64,000 bases of DNA from Limisphaerales bacterium (GTDB taxonomy: Bacteria; Verrucomicrobiota; Verrucomicrobiia; Limisphaerales; SIBE01). The notes beneath the pieces are model-generated. The model saw only the letters and a list, made by a program, of their open reading frames with translations, had not been told where the DNA came from and made no database searches. A program made the position numbers and the translations under genes. The DNA is taken from NCBI GenBank assembly GCA_044225505.1, contig JBGAIN010000003.1, forward strand, positions 1 to 64,000. Direction: 5' to 3'. Below are positions 9,192-19,492 of the stretch, in pieces (the stretch's first letter is position 1; every line of letters starts with the position of its first letter).

Positions 9192-11894
9192 ATGAGCCAA
9201 ACGGGTGAGTCCAACTCAGCCATGAACTTGACGAGACGGCCGTTTCTGACCCTGCTGACCGTCTTGGGTCTTATTCTTTCGGCGCTGTTTTATCGAAGTT
9301 TTGAGCCAAACCAAACGCTTTTTTCGAATGATGGCCCGCTGGGCGCATTAATGGCCTACGCCGATGTTGCCCCTTCGTTTTTCACCGGCAGCTGGCATAC
9401 GTTGAACTGGCTGGGATCTCATGAACCCAGCGCCCTGCCGAACTTGACCTACGGCATGTATCTGATCTGGGGTGCCGTCGCTCATTCGAAGTTCTTTGTC
9501 CCGGTCGCTTTGTTCTTGCTCGGAGCTGGCGCGTGGCTTTTTTTTCGACAACTCGGCTTGGGAACCTTGGCCGCTGTGCTGGGCGGAGCCGCCGCCATGC
9601 TCAACACCGATCCATTTTCCTACGCGTGCTGGGGATTACCGTCACTGACTCTTTGTATGGCAGCGACGTTTTTCGCCCTGGCTGCGGCGGTCGGGCTGCC
9701 GTCTCGCAGGTTGTGGCTCAAGCTGGCCTTGGCCGGGCTGACGTTGGGTATGGCAATCATGGAGGGCTACGATAATGGAGCGATCTTTAGCCTTTACGTG
9801 GCCGCCTTCGTCTTCTTTCAAGCATGGATTTCCGAGCCGTCCGTGGCCAAACGCTGGCTGATTGCTCCACTCCAGGTCTTTATCGTGGCGATCTTCTCGG
9901 CGTTCCTAGCCGCCCACGCATTGTCCACTCTCATCGGCACGCAGATTCAAGGGGTAGTTGGAACCCAGCAGGACACGAAGACCAAGGAACAGCGCTGGGA
10001 TGAAGCTACCGTCTGGAGCCTGCCGAAAATCGAAACCTTGCGAGTGTTCGTGCCCGGTTTGTTTGGATTCAGAATGGACACTCCAGACGGCGGGAACTAT
10101 TGGGGGTCTGTAGGTCAGACGCCTGGGATACCTCAGTCGCGACACTCTGGTTCAGGTGTCTATGGTGGTATCCTTGTGGCACTTCTTGCCGCGTTCGCTT
10201 TGGCTCAAGCCGCGCGAAAAGATCAAGGGCCCTTCTCCGCTCAAGAACGACGGTGGATAGCATTCTGGGCCACAGCTGCGTTGATATCCTTGTTGTTGGC
10301 ATTCGGTCGGCACGCTCCTTTTTACCAGTTGCTTTATCAGCTCCCTTATTTCTCAACGATTCGAAATCCGATCAAGTTCATGCACCCTTTCTCCGTCGCC
10401 CTCGTAACATTGTTTGCCTATGGTCTCGAGGCAGTCCAACGACGTTACCTGCAACAGGACGTTTCCCGATCCCAGTCTGTCGTGGAGAATTTTCGGCGCT
10501 GGTGGAAAGCCGCGGCTGCGTTCGAACGACGATGGACTATTTTCTCGATAGGCGTGCTCGCGGCGGCGGGCCTGACTTATCTCTTGTATGTTGCCTCTCG
10601 TCGCGAACTTGAACAGTACCTTCAAGGCATTGCTTCGGAACGCTATGGGTTTCCTCCAAGCTTGATCCCAGCTGTCTCTCGTTTCAGCGCGACTGAGATT
10701 GGGTGGTCCGTACTATTCCTCGCCATTTCTGTAGCGGCGGTCGCTTTAGTCATGAGTGGCACGTTTTCCGGACGGAAAGCAAAATGGGCGGGCGTTCTCT
10801 TAGGCATGATCCTGCTCACTGACTTTGCCCGGGCCAACGCGCCCTGGATCGTCTACTACGACTATCGAGAAAAATACGCGACCAACCCGATCATCGGCCA
10901 GTTGAGTGAAAACAAACAGGAACGTGTCGCCGCTAGGGTGGGACCACTTTTGGGGAGCTATTTTGTTGCGGGCGAAGCTCAATCGTTGTTCGCCAATGTC
11001 GTCGACCGCGAATGGCTTCAACATCACTTTCAATACTACCGTATCCAGTCGTTGGACATTGTTCAAATGCCGCGCATGCCAGAACTGGACGCCACGTTCT
11101 TGGCGAATTTCGCACCCAGGGATATGAGCCAATTCGCCCGAGTCGGCCGGCTCTGGCAACTGACAAATACCCGCTATGTGATAGGGATGAAGGGCTTCGT
11201 GGATTCGATTAACCAGCAAGTCGACCCGACCAACAAGAGTTTCCGCGTGCAGACCTCGTTCGATTTTGCGCCGCGAAATCCCATCTCGGGCGGCGGCGCT
11301 CGGGCAGAAGACATCACGACGGTGATCCGTCCCGAAGGACAGTTTGCGATTTTCGAGTTTGGGGCCGCACTGCCCCGCGCCAAGCTTTTCAGCGCATGGC
11401 AGGTCATGACCAACGACGATGCCGCGACCCTGGAACGTCTGGCCGATCCGGCGTTTGATCCTCAAAGCACCGTGCTGGTGGCCAGCGGTTTGGGAGCCGC
11501 GCCGCCCGTCACTTTGACCGGCGGCCAAACGGGCGGGGTGCAGATTACCCATTACGAGCCAAAATTGATCCGGCTTAAGGCGGACGCAACCGCACCGAGC
11601 GTCCTGCTGTTAAACGATAAGTATGACCCGAATTGGAAGGTAACTGTCGATGGCAAGCCAGAAGCACTGCTGCGCTGCAATTACATCATGCGTGGGGTCC
11701 AATTGCCGGCCGGAACACATGCTGTCGAGTTCCGCTTCGACCCGCCCCACTGGACGTTTTACGTGAGCCTGGCAGCTTTGGGAGTGGGACTGGTGCTCTG
11801 CGCGCTGGTCACGATCGGCCAACGCCCCACCCTCTCCGAGCCCGGGAAGTCACGTCCAATCGAACCGTTGCCCAACCCCAAAACCAAGGGCTAG
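9192..11894 (+). CDS. YfhO-like polytopic membrane protein (GT-C-fold glycosyltransferase candidate)
   Basis: About 12-14 hydrophobic segments, an SNDG loop after TM1, FSTIRNPIKF, and a C-terminal LLLNDKYDPNWKVTVDGK...NYIMRGVQLPAGTHAVEFRF block typical of YfhO. Start at 9192 or 9222. Confidence 0.8.
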   Translation: MSQTGESNSAMNLTRRPFLTLLTVLGLILSALFYRSFEPNQTLFSNDGPLGALMAYADVAPSFFTGSWHTLNWLGSHEPSALPNLTYGMYLIWGAVAHSKFFVPVALFLLGAGAWLFFRQLGLGTLAAVLGGAAAMLNTDPFSYACWGLPSLTLCMAATFFALAAAVGLPSRRLWLKLALAGLTLGMAIMEGYDNGAIFSLYVAAFVFFQAWISEPSVAKRWLIAPLQVFIVAIFSAFLAAHALSTLIGTQIQGVVGTQQDTKTKEQRWDEATVWSLPKIETLRVFVPGLFGFRMDTPDGGNYWGSVGQTPGIPQSRHSGSGVYGGILVALLAAFALAQAARKDQGPFSAQERRWIAFWATAALISLLLAFGRHAPFYQLLYQLPYFSTIRNPIKFMHPFSVALVTLFAYGLEAVQRRYLQQDVSRSQSVVENFRRWWKAAAAFERRWTIFSIGVLAAAGLTYLLYVASRRELEQYLQGIASERYGFPPSLIPAVSRFSATEIGWSVLFLAISVAAVALVMSGTFSGRKAKWAGVLLGMILLTDFARANAPWIVYYDYREKYATNPIIGQLSENKQERVAARVGPLLGSYFVAGEAQSLFANVVDREWLQHHFQYYRIQSLDIVQMPRMPELDATFLANFAPRDMSQFARVGRLWQLTNTRYVIGMKGFVDSINQQVDPTNKSFRVQTSFDFAPRNPISGGGARAEDITTVIRPEGQFAIFEFGAALPRAKLFSAWQVMTNDDAATLERLADPAFDPQSTVLVASGLGAAPPVTLTGGQTGGVQITHYEPKLIRLKADATAPSVLLLNDKYDPNWKVTVDGKPEALLRCNYIMRGVQLPAGTHAVEFRFDPPHWTFYVSLAALGVGLVLCALVTIGQRPTLSEPGKSRPIEPLPNPKTKG

Positions 11895-11899
11895 CTACC

Positions 11900-12658
11900 A
11901 TGGGACACCAGGAGACCTACCGTCACAACGAAGCTTATGCTGAGTTTCTCGCCAACTGGGACGCTGCCTTTTACTCGAAGTATATCGATACCTTGCGCGC
12001 CCCGCAAAAGGGAGCGCGAGTTCTGGATGTAGGCTGCGGTGCGGGTCAAGTCGTCGGACGCCTGACCGAAGCAGGTTACGAGGCCTACGGAGTGGATGTC
12101 TCGGAACCGAATATCGCGAAGGCGAAGCGGTTCAGCGATCGCTGCCAGTTCTATGATGGCAGGCATTTGCCTTTCCCGGATGGACATTTTGCGAGCGTGG
12201 GCGCTCTTAACGTCGTGGAGCATGTAGAAGAACCTGAGCAGTTCATTCCCGAAGTCGTGCGTGTGGCCCAGCGTGGCGGCCGAGTTGTTATTTCGAGCCC
12301 AAACTTTTTCCGCGTCATCGGGTTCCGCGATTATCATCCAAAGATGCGTGGATTGGCCAATAAATGGAACAATTGGCGTCGTCTGGCGGAGAAACGGCGC
12401 CAGATGAAGACGCAGCCTGGGAGCGTGCGATTTGACCGGATGACTCCCATCGTCAAGGAACCGTTCACGCCGGATGATGACGCGATCATCGCGACCAACG
12501 CGCTGGAGATTGCCTTCTTTCTCAAACAGGCCAATTGCCAGATCGAAAACGTGTTTTGCACCGACCGCTACGTCAAGCGGCCTATCGACTTTCTGCTCAA
12601 CCTCACGCCCCTGCGCTACGGAATGTTCAACGCCTTTGTGGTTGCGACGAAGCGCTAA
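11900..12658 (+). CDS. Class I SAM-dependent methyltransferase
   Basis: VLDVGCGAG, GVDVS, LPFPDGHF, VVEHV, SPN. ATG 11900 lies 5 nt after the YfhO-like stop. Confidence 0.9.
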   Translation: MGHQETYRHNEAYAEFLANWDAAFYSKYIDTLRAPQKGARVLDVGCGAGQVVGRLTEAGYEAYGVDVSEPNIAKAKRFSDRCQFYDGRHLPFPDGHFASVGALNVVEHVEEPEQFIPEVVRVAQRGGRVVISSPNFFRVIGFRDYHPKMRGLANKWNNWRRLAEKRRQMKTQPGSVRFDRMTPIVKEPFTPDDDAIIATNALEIAFFLKQANCQIENVFCTDRYVKRPIDFLLNLTPLRYGMFNAFVVATKR

Positions 12659-12670
12659 GGCTGGTTCCGG

Positions 12671-14347
12671 TCAATAGATTTCCCGGTAGCAGAACGCCAT
12701 AAAGAGGCCCAAGCCAATCACCAGGCCAGGCCACAGCCACGCGGCCAGCCGTTCCGGGCAGAGACGCCTCAAACTCAGCCATCGAGTAACGCCGGCTAAA
12801 AGCCCCAAGCCGCCGAACACAGCGTGTTGCACGTTCACAAGACTGGTTAGTTCTTCGCTCGCTGTAAGCGCAGAATGAGCATGCCCCAAGAGCAGCAGGC
12901 TCCCACAAACCATGAGAACTGGGAGCAGATACCCCAGTGGACGGGCCCATTCCGGACGGTGCCGGTCTCTCCAAGCGAGCCATGCAATCAACAATACCAT
13001 GACACCGCCAACCTGATGCTCAAGCACCTGTGGATCGGCTAGCACTTGCCAGACAGTTACACGGTTGAGCCACCAGACTTCCGGGTCGCTCGCCAAAAGG
13101 ATGAACACCCCGAAAACCATCAGGAACCCAGGCCAGACGCGCTCCGCCCAGCGGCTGACTTCGCGTCGGATCGATTGCAGCAACCAGCAACAGCCGATGA
13201 TGCAGACAGCGACTCCCGACCAGTGGTGCATGAACTCGGAATACTCGCGATCTGCCAAAGTCCGTTCTGGAGCCCCGTAAAACGAAGCGGGATCGACCAG
13301 CCTGGGTGACGGCCAACGCGGCTGGGTCAACACTTGAATTTGAGCGGATGTCAATCGTTGGACACCCGGGTCCCCGGGGGGCGAGATCGACCCTGCGACC
13401 CCGGCGATGGCGATCACGAGCAGTCCCGCCGTCACTTCCAATTCAAGCAATTGCGTAAAACGCAACTGGCACGCGTCATCCGTCCCAGGCGTGTTTGTCA
13501 GACGGCTCCGAATGTCGGCTCCATTCCTGGGCGCGGCACGGGCGCGAAGCGCCGGCCGAATCTTGAGGTGATTCTGCAAGCCGGCGAACAGAGCCACTCC
13601 CAGCAAAATGAACTTGATCGAAAGCGTGAGGCCATAGGCCGAAGTAAAGACCGCGCTCGCCTCGGGTATGAACCGGCAAAACGAAATCAATCCGGAGACG
13701 AATAAGAGTGACACCACGCTGATTGCCCATGGAGAAAAGCGAGTAACGATCTCGGAGAGGAGCTGGAGGGATGCCCGGTCCGTCACGCTCGCGATCGAGT
13801 GCCGCGCCGCGAGGAGATGGACCAGGATTCCCAGCCAGGCGGCCACTCCGGAAATATGCGCCATCTGCGAAATCAAAATTACGGCCCTTCCGGCCGGTTG
13901 CGCAGCGGCATGGCTGACAAGACTCGAAACGATCACGGCCCCCCCCGCGGCGAGCATTACCGGCCACCAGGCCCAACGCGGGCGCCACCGAGCTGCCACG
14001 CCGGCTAGCAAAAGCAGGATAGCGCGAGTCAAGCCTAAGAAACCCGCGTTCGTCTCCCGGGTAAATCGTGCGACCGTGGCAAAATCGACTCCGGCATATA
14101 CCGTTCGTCCCTGGATCTCAGCGGTTTGGACGAACAAGTCGGCAACGGTCGCCCCAGCCGCTGCGAACGCGCCGCACGCAGTCCAACGTACGGCGCTGCG
14201 GTGAAGGGCTGTGGCCAGGGGGTTGGTGGAAGCATCGATACCCAAGGCACGACAAGCGGGAAGCAGTAGTCCCAAGACCAACCAAGCACCACCCAATGCG
14301 ATCGCTAACCCAATCGATTGCAGAGCGTGGAGAAGCGAGTGTTCCAT
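12671..14347 (-). CDS. copD: CopD family copper uptake membrane protein fused to a His-rich C-terminal membrane domain
   Basis: SLVSHAAA, AHISGVAAWLG, RFS, SAYGLTLSIK; adjacent to copC. The extra C-terminal TM block carries MHHW, EHQ, GHAH and QHA. Confidence 0.82.
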   Translation of the reverse strand: MEHSLLHALQSIGLAIALGGAWLVLGLLLPACRALGIDASTNPLATALHRSAVRWTACGAFAAAGATVADLFVQTAEIQGRTVYAGVDFATVARFTRETNAGFLGLTRAILLLLAGVAARWRPRWAWWPVMLAAGGAVIVSSLVSHAAAQPAGRAVILISQMAHISGVAAWLGILVHLLAARHSIASVTDRASLQLLSEIVTRFSPWAISVVSLLFVSGLISFCRFIPEASAVFTSAYGLTLSIKFILLGVALFAGLQNHLKIRPALRARAAPRNGADIRSRLTNTPGTDDACQLRFTQLLELEVTAGLLVIAIAGVAGSISPPGDPGVQRLTSAQIQVLTQPRWPSPRLVDPASFYGAPERTLADREYSEFMHHWSGVAVCIIGCCWLLQSIRREVSRWAERVWPGFLMVFGVFILLASDPEVWWLNRVTVWQVLADPQVLEHQVGGVMVLLIAWLAWRDRHRPEWARPLGYLLPVLMVCGSLLLLGHAHSALTASEELTSLVNVQHAVFGGLGLLAGVTRWLSLRRLCPERLAAWLWPGLVIGLGLFMAFCYREIY

Positions 14348-14371
14348 GCGGATTCCAACGGCCGCCGGAAC

Positions 14372-14944
14372 TTATTTCTGCGCTTTGGGATCGAGCACAC
14401 GAAAGCTGAAGCGGCCTGGCGCGCTGTGGCCATCGCGCGAAAGCACGCGCCATTCAACGACGTAGTCGCCCGGGGAGAGCGATTTAAGCTTTATCGTCAG
14501 GTGGGTCGGGTCTTTGACATCCAGTTTCGGATCGCCCTCGACGAAGTTTGCTCTCTGGCTCGATTGCAGCTGCTCGCGGGCGTAAACACCCAAAGTGTTA
14601 AACCCGGCTTCCAATCGCTCGTTAAACCAGAGCTCGATCTGCCGGGGTGAGGACACAAGCTCGGCTCGATCGACCGGATCGGACCGCACCACACGCGCAT
14701 GAGCCAACACCTGGGAAGGATGAAGGAAGATGCTTAGCAGTATCACCCCTAAGACAACGGACTGTCCCCCCCGACGCCAACCCATTCGGAGTCCGGCAGC
14801 GCGTGGTGTGGGAAGGGCCGTCAGCGCCGTCGGAAACCTTCCGCGGGGCAATGAATCGTGAGCATGCATTTCCGACAAGCTCCTCAACCTGCTATCCATA
14901 AGTGCATAAGTACGACGATGGAGGCACGCCACTTTCTCTGTCAA
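14372..14944 (-). CDS. copC: CopC periplasmic copper-binding protein (true start probably downstream, e.g. 14785 or 14869)
   Basis: Signal peptide ending VLA, then His1 (HARVVRSDP); LWFNE; YVVEWRVLSRDGH. No Met-rich Cu(I) site. Confidence 0.9.
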   Translation of the reverse strand: MTEKVACLHRRTYALMDSRLRSLSEMHAHDSLPRGRFPTALTALPTPRAAGLRMGWRRGGQSVVLGVILLSIFLHPSQVLAHARVVRSDPVDRAELVSSPRQIELWFNERLEAGFNTLGVYAREQLQSSQRANFVEGDPKLDVKDPTHLTIKLKSLSPGDYVVEWRVLSRDGHSAPGRFSFRVLDPKAQK

Positions 14945-15025
14945 CTCGCTTCGGGCCGGCCAGCGGCAGGTATTTCGCGATCTCGTTGGAATGTTATCAA
15001 ACCCGACGTGGCTAGCGCGCGATGG

Positions 15026-15787
15026 CTAAAGTCCGGTGGGGTGATCTAAGAAAACCCACGGAATGGAAAACCGCTCGGACACTTTACGAGCCAGGGCTTT
15101 TACGCCAAACGTTTCGGTTGCGTAATGGCCCGCATAGATAACATTCAACCCAAGCTCTTCTGCCAAGGCGAACGTCCAATGCCTCCCTTCGCCGGTGATG
15201 AAGGTATCGACGCCTTCCTTGGCGGCCTGCACCAGTTCATCCCCCGCTCCCCCGGTAACGACGCCGATTTGCTGACAGGTGGTCGGGCCGCCAGGGAGCA
15301 AAGTTGGCCGCGTGCCCGTCGCACGAGCCACGCGAGCGACGAGACTCTCGCGCGAAATCGACGTGCGACTCTTGAATCCAATGAATTGCCCCTTAGTATA
15401 GAAGAAAGGACGAAGGTTCTTCAGGCGGAGTGCGGCACAGAATTGGGCGTTATTGCCAAGTTGAGGATGCGCATCAAGGGGCAAGTGAGAACTGTAAACG
15501 GCCAAGCGATTATCCAGCAGACATCGAATCAGTTGATAGCGATGGCCGGTCCAGGGATGCGTCTTCGTCCAGAACAGACCGTGGTGGACCAGAAGCAAGT
15601 CCGCCTGATGCGCTGCGGCCAGCCGGGCGGTGGCCAAACTGCCATCGACGGCGGCGGCAATGCGTGTGACAAAACCGGGGTTTTCCACCTGCAATCCGTT
15701 TTGCGCTCCATCCCAGTCTTGGAACTGGTCCGTGCTCAGAATGCGGTCACAGAAAGCGGCTATTTTAGCCAAAGACGCGCTCGGCAT
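15026..15787 (-). CDS. Nif3/YbgI-like dinuclear metal centre hexameric protein
   Basis: NGLQV, LLVHHGLFW, SHLPLDAH, FITGE, GHYATETFGV, DHPTGL. Confidence 0.93.
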   Translation of the reverse strand: MPSASLAKIAAFCDRILSTDQFQDWDGAQNGLQVENPGFVTRIAAAVDGSLATARLAAAHQADLLLVHHGLFWTKTHPWTGHRYQLIRCLLDNRLAVYSSHLPLDAHPQLGNNAQFCAALRLKNLRPFFYTKGQFIGFKSRTSISRESLVARVARATGTRPTLLPGGPTTCQQIGVVTGGAGDELVQAAKEGVDTFITGEGRHWTFALAEELGLNVIYAGHYATETFGVKALARKVSERFSIPWVFLDHPTGL

Positions 15788-15871
15788 GGTCAAATAGAAC
15801 CAAACTTTTTTCAGGACGCATATTGAAATCTCGCTGCGTCTCCTTATAGTGCGCACGACTTAACAGAAAAA

Positions 15872-17809
15872 ATGAGTGATCCTGCCGAGGCTAGCAAGCC
15901 ATGGGACGTCCAGGCTGCCAGGAGCCTGTATAACATTGATCGATGGGGCGCCAGATACTTCGACATCAACGATGCCGGGCATGTGGTCGCCCGACCACTG
16001 GAGGAAGCTGGGGCTGCCGTGGACATCAACGATGTGATCGAGGAAGCTAAAGCTCGCGGGCTCAAGTTCCCTTTGCTGATTCGCTTTCAAGATATCCTTC
16101 GGCATCGCGTCGACTCGATCAATCAAGCGTTTCGCAGTTCCATCACGGAGTTCAACTACCAGGGCAAGTATCGCGGGGTATTCCCGATCAAAGTGAACCA
16201 GTTGCGGGAGGTGGTGGAAGAAATCCTGGATGCGGGCAAGCCTTACGGGTTTGGACTGGAAGTCGGGAGCAAGCCGGAACTGTTTGCAGGTTTAGCGCTG
16301 CAAGATCAGACGGATAGCCTGATCATCTGCAACGGCTACAAGGACTCGACTTTTATCCGAATGGCGCTGATGGGCATCAAGCTCGGCAAGAAGGTGATCA
16401 TGGTGGTTGAGAAGCTGGAGGAATTGAAACAGATCCTTGGCGTCTCCAAACAGGTTGGCGTTGAACCGCTCATCGGCATTCGCACGCGCTTGTTGAGCAA
16501 AGGCATGGGCAAATGGGCAGATAGCGGTGGAGAAAACGCCAAATTCGGGTTGAGCACCGCTGAGCTGCTGGCAGCTACGGACTTGCTCCGAGCGGAGAAT
16601 CTGACCCATTGCTTCCGATTGCTGCACTTCCATATTGGATCGCAGATTCCGGATATTTTGACCGTAAAGAAGGCCGTGCAAGAGGCGGCGCGCTTCTATG
16701 CGAAGCTGCACAAGATGGGTTTTCCCATCGAGTTCCTGGATGTGGGCGGAGGTTTAGGAGTGGACTACGACGGGAGCCGCTCGGCCTTCGACAGTTCCAC
16801 GAATTACAGCTTGCAGGAGTATACCAACGACGTGGTGTATTACATCGGTGATGTTTGCAACGCCGAGAAAGTGCCGCATCCGAACATCATCAGCGAAAGT
16901 GGCCGGGCGATCGTTGCTCACCATAGTGTGCTAGTGGTGGAGGTGTTTGGAGCAATTGGAAAGATCCGCCCTGACCAACAGTTCGAATATGGCGAAACGG
17001 AGCATCCGCTCGTTCGCGAACTTCTCGATATCCGTAAGAACCTCGCGAAGTTGAATAAGCTCGAAGCTTACCATGACGCTTTGGAACGACGCGAAGATGC
17101 GCATAACATGTTCACCCTTGGCCTGATGGAATTGCCGGATAAGGCCAAGATCGAGAATCTCTATTGGGAGATCGGGCAAGCGGTCGTGCAGAGTTTTCTG
17201 GGGCAAGCTTACGTTCCGGAAGAGATCCGGAAGCTCGAAGATAGCTTGGGCGATCAGTACCTCTGCAATTTCTCCGTCTTTCAATCGTTGTTGGATCACT
17301 GGGCCTTGGGTCAGCTCTTTCCGATCATGCCTTTGAGCAAGCTGAACGAACGCCCGACGCGGGAAACGACATTGGTCGATATTACGTGCGACTCGGACGG
17401 CCAAATCAACAAGTTTATCGATCTGCGAGACGTGCGCGATACCTTGCCGCTGCACAAGCTCAATTCAAACGGGACGACCCAAGAACCGTATTACCTGGGG
17501 TTCTTCCTCATGGGCGCGTATCAAGACATCATGGGAGACCTGCACAACTTGTTTGGGCGGGTCAATGAAGTGCACGTCTTTCTCGACCCGGACGAACCGG
17601 CCGGTTATTACATAGAAGAAATTATCGAGGGCAATACGATCGTCCAAGCCCTGGGCGCAGTTCAGTACGATGAGAACGAATTGAAGCGGCAGATGAAAGC
17701 GCAGATTGACAACGCGATCAAGACCGACCGGCTCAAGCCTTCTGAAGCGATGCGTTTGTTGGATGATTACGAACGTGGGCTGAAAGAATACACTTACCTC
17801 ACGATCTAG
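15872..17809 (+). CDS. speA: Biosynthetic arginine decarboxylase
   Basis: FPIKVNQ (PLP Lys), GLEVGSKPEL, ICNGYKD, HFHIGSQ, DVGGGLGVDYDG, ESGRA, DITCDSDG, GAYQDIMGDLHNLFG. Confidence 0.97.
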   Translation: MSDPAEASKPWDVQAARSLYNIDRWGARYFDINDAGHVVARPLEEAGAAVDINDVIEEAKARGLKFPLLIRFQDILRHRVDSINQAFRSSITEFNYQGKYRGVFPIKVNQLREVVEEILDAGKPYGFGLEVGSKPELFAGLALQDQTDSLIICNGYKDSTFIRMALMGIKLGKKVIMVVEKLEELKQILGVSKQVGVEPLIGIRTRLLSKGMGKWADSGGENAKFGLSTAELLAATDLLRAENLTHCFRLLHFHIGSQIPDILTVKKAVQEAARFYAKLHKMGFPIEFLDVGGGLGVDYDGSRSAFDSSTNYSLQEYTNDVVYYIGDVCNAEKVPHPNIISESGRAIVAHHSVLVVEVFGAIGKIRPDQQFEYGETEHPLVRELLDIRKNLAKLNKLEAYHDALERREDAHNMFTLGLMELPDKAKIENLYWEIGQAVVQSFLGQAYVPEEIRKLEDSLGDQYLCNFSVFQSLLDHWALGQLFPIMPLSKLNERPTRETTLVDITCDSDGQINKFIDLRDVRDTLPLHKLNSNGTTQEPYYLGFFLMGAYQDIMGDLHNLFGRVNEVHVFLDPDEPAGYYIEEIIEGNTIVQALGAVQYDENELKRQMKAQIDNAIKTDRLKPSEAMRLLDDYERGLKEYTYLTI

Positions 17810-17815
17810 CTGACG

Positions 17816-18511
17816 ATGTCCGAAACGGCTCCCAAGGCCGAGCTCATGCGGTCCCTCAGGCAGCTTGTTCGGGGGCTCTCCATCCTCTTCTGGGGACTGC
17901 CGCTTACCTTGCTCGTCTGTGTGCGGACGACGTTGAGCGAATGGCTCCGTCCATTGGGCATGCTTCCGCCCATTCTCACAACAATCTTGCTCCTCTATGG
18001 ACTAGTGCAATTAAGCTATTTCCAACGTCAGGAGCGGGTCTGGGTGAATGCCTTGGACCGCGCCAAGCTGCTCGGCATTGTGAATGTCGGGCTTTCGCCG
18101 TTCGTATTCTGGTGGAATCAATTGCCTCACGTGCCGTTCTACCTGCTCGCCATGGGAGTCCTGATGCTCTCTGGCTTATTGTTCTTGTTTAACCTTAACT
18201 TCGTATTGCAGCGACTGGCCGCGATGTTGCCGGACGAAACGTTGCGAATGGAGACGCGCTTCTTTACTTCGTTCAATCTGTATCTCCTGGTCGCCGTCGT
18301 TACGATGTCTGGCATCTTTACGCTTGTGCAACAACTGGACAATCTGCCCTTGATTCTGGTGCACCTAATCCATGCCGTTGATGCCAGTCGTCAATGGCTT
18401 CTTGTCTTTCTCATTCTGCTCCCGTTGGCGATGACCATGACCCTGATCTGGAAAATCAAAGAGGTGGTTTTGGCCAGCGTCTTCGAAGGTGCTGGTCAGG
18501 GGGGAGTTTAG
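17816..18511 (+). CDS. Hypothetical membrane protein (about 6 TM)
   Basis: Starts 6 nt after the speA stop; strongly hydrophobic helices throughout. Confidence 0.8.
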   Translation: MSETAPKAELMRSLRQLVRGLSILFWGLPLTLLVCVRTTLSEWLRPLGMLPPILTTILLLYGLVQLSYFQRQERVWVNALDRAKLLGIVNVGLSPFVFWWNQLPHVPFYLLAMGVLMLSGLLFLFNLNFVLQRLAAMLPDETLRMETRFFTSFNLYLLVAVVTMSGIFTLVQQLDNLPLILVHLIHAVDASRQWLLVFLILLPLAMTMTLIWKIKEVVLASVFEGAGQGGV

Positions 18512-18897
18512 CCCAACGCGCTAACCGCGGAAATTCCCTGGATCTCGCCGAAAAGTCGCTCCATCAACACGCGTTCGAGGAGACTGAAAAGCGGGTCCGG
18601 TCAAAACGGATCCGCTGGTCGCGAACAACGGCTTTGTCGGACGAGGTTTGGCGCTTCAGAAAAGTGGCCTCGAAACTGCTATTGAGATGAAACGCAGGGT
18701 GCGCGCAGGCGGTTTGGCCGGGTGCGTTCGACATGTCATCCCGGCGAGCGGTGCCGCATACTAAGGACGGATTGTTGCAGCGTTCTGGATTGCGGACAAT
18801 CCTCCCAACTTGGTCGCATTGGTTTTCAGAGACGCTGACTGTGGCGCGGTGTTCATTCATGCAGTATTGTGATCGTATGTAAATACGAGGTGAATTT

Positions 18898-19134
18898 GTG
18901 AAACGAGAATCCTTTTCGACTTTCATTGCCCGAAATGCCCGTTTTATTTGGTTGATTCTACTCTTTTTTCCGCCAGCCGCCGCGTTCGGAGCGTATAGCG
19001 TAACCCCGCACGAGGAAATATGGCACGACGTTCTTTATAGTCTGTTCTGTTTGCCGCTCTTCGGTGTTTGGTTACTCGCCTTGTTCAGCTGCATTTTTTC
19101 GTTTCTGGTCCATCGGACGCTGACCCATTCCTGA
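18898..19134 (+). CDS. Small 2-TM membrane protein (78 aa)
   Basis: GAGGTGA SD-like sequence just upstream of GTG 18898; two hydrophobic segments; AT-richer context. Confidence 0.5.
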   Translation: MKRESFSTFIARNARFIWLILLFFPPAAAFGAYSVTPHEEIWHDVLYSLFCLPLFGVWLLALFSCIFSFLVHRTLTHS

Positions 19135-19431
19135 GACTGGGCAGGAGTTCTATCGCTTTTTCGAAGCCCGGGAATGTCTAAGCTTCGCCGCAGGGGATTC
19201 CAAAATCTCCCGGGATCAACGGCTCGGAGGTCTCGGGTCAAGTAATTCATGCCCAGGCCAGCGCCGAAAAATTCAAATCGCTGCAGCCTGGCAGCCTGCT
19301 GAAGAGCTTCCCTCGGTCAGATTCGTTCGTGATTCAGCCTGTCGTGACGGACATTCCCCCGGGCATGGCTTGTTTTGTGGTGTCCCCCCGGTCTACCAGC
19401 TTGGCTCAGAATCACTGGCGCAATCACGGTT

Positions 19432-19468
19432 AAAAAAGAAGAGAGGCTGAGGAAACCCTCAGCCTCTC
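19432..19468 (-). terminator. Rho-independent terminator of the 1433-aa gene
   Basis: On the minus strand: 12-bp perfect stem GAGAGGCTGAGG-GTTT-CCTCAGCCTCTC followed by TTCTTTTTT, about 25 nt after the stop. Confidence 0.9.
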
Positions 19469-19492
19469 ATGAATCAGACTAAAACAGTCTGT

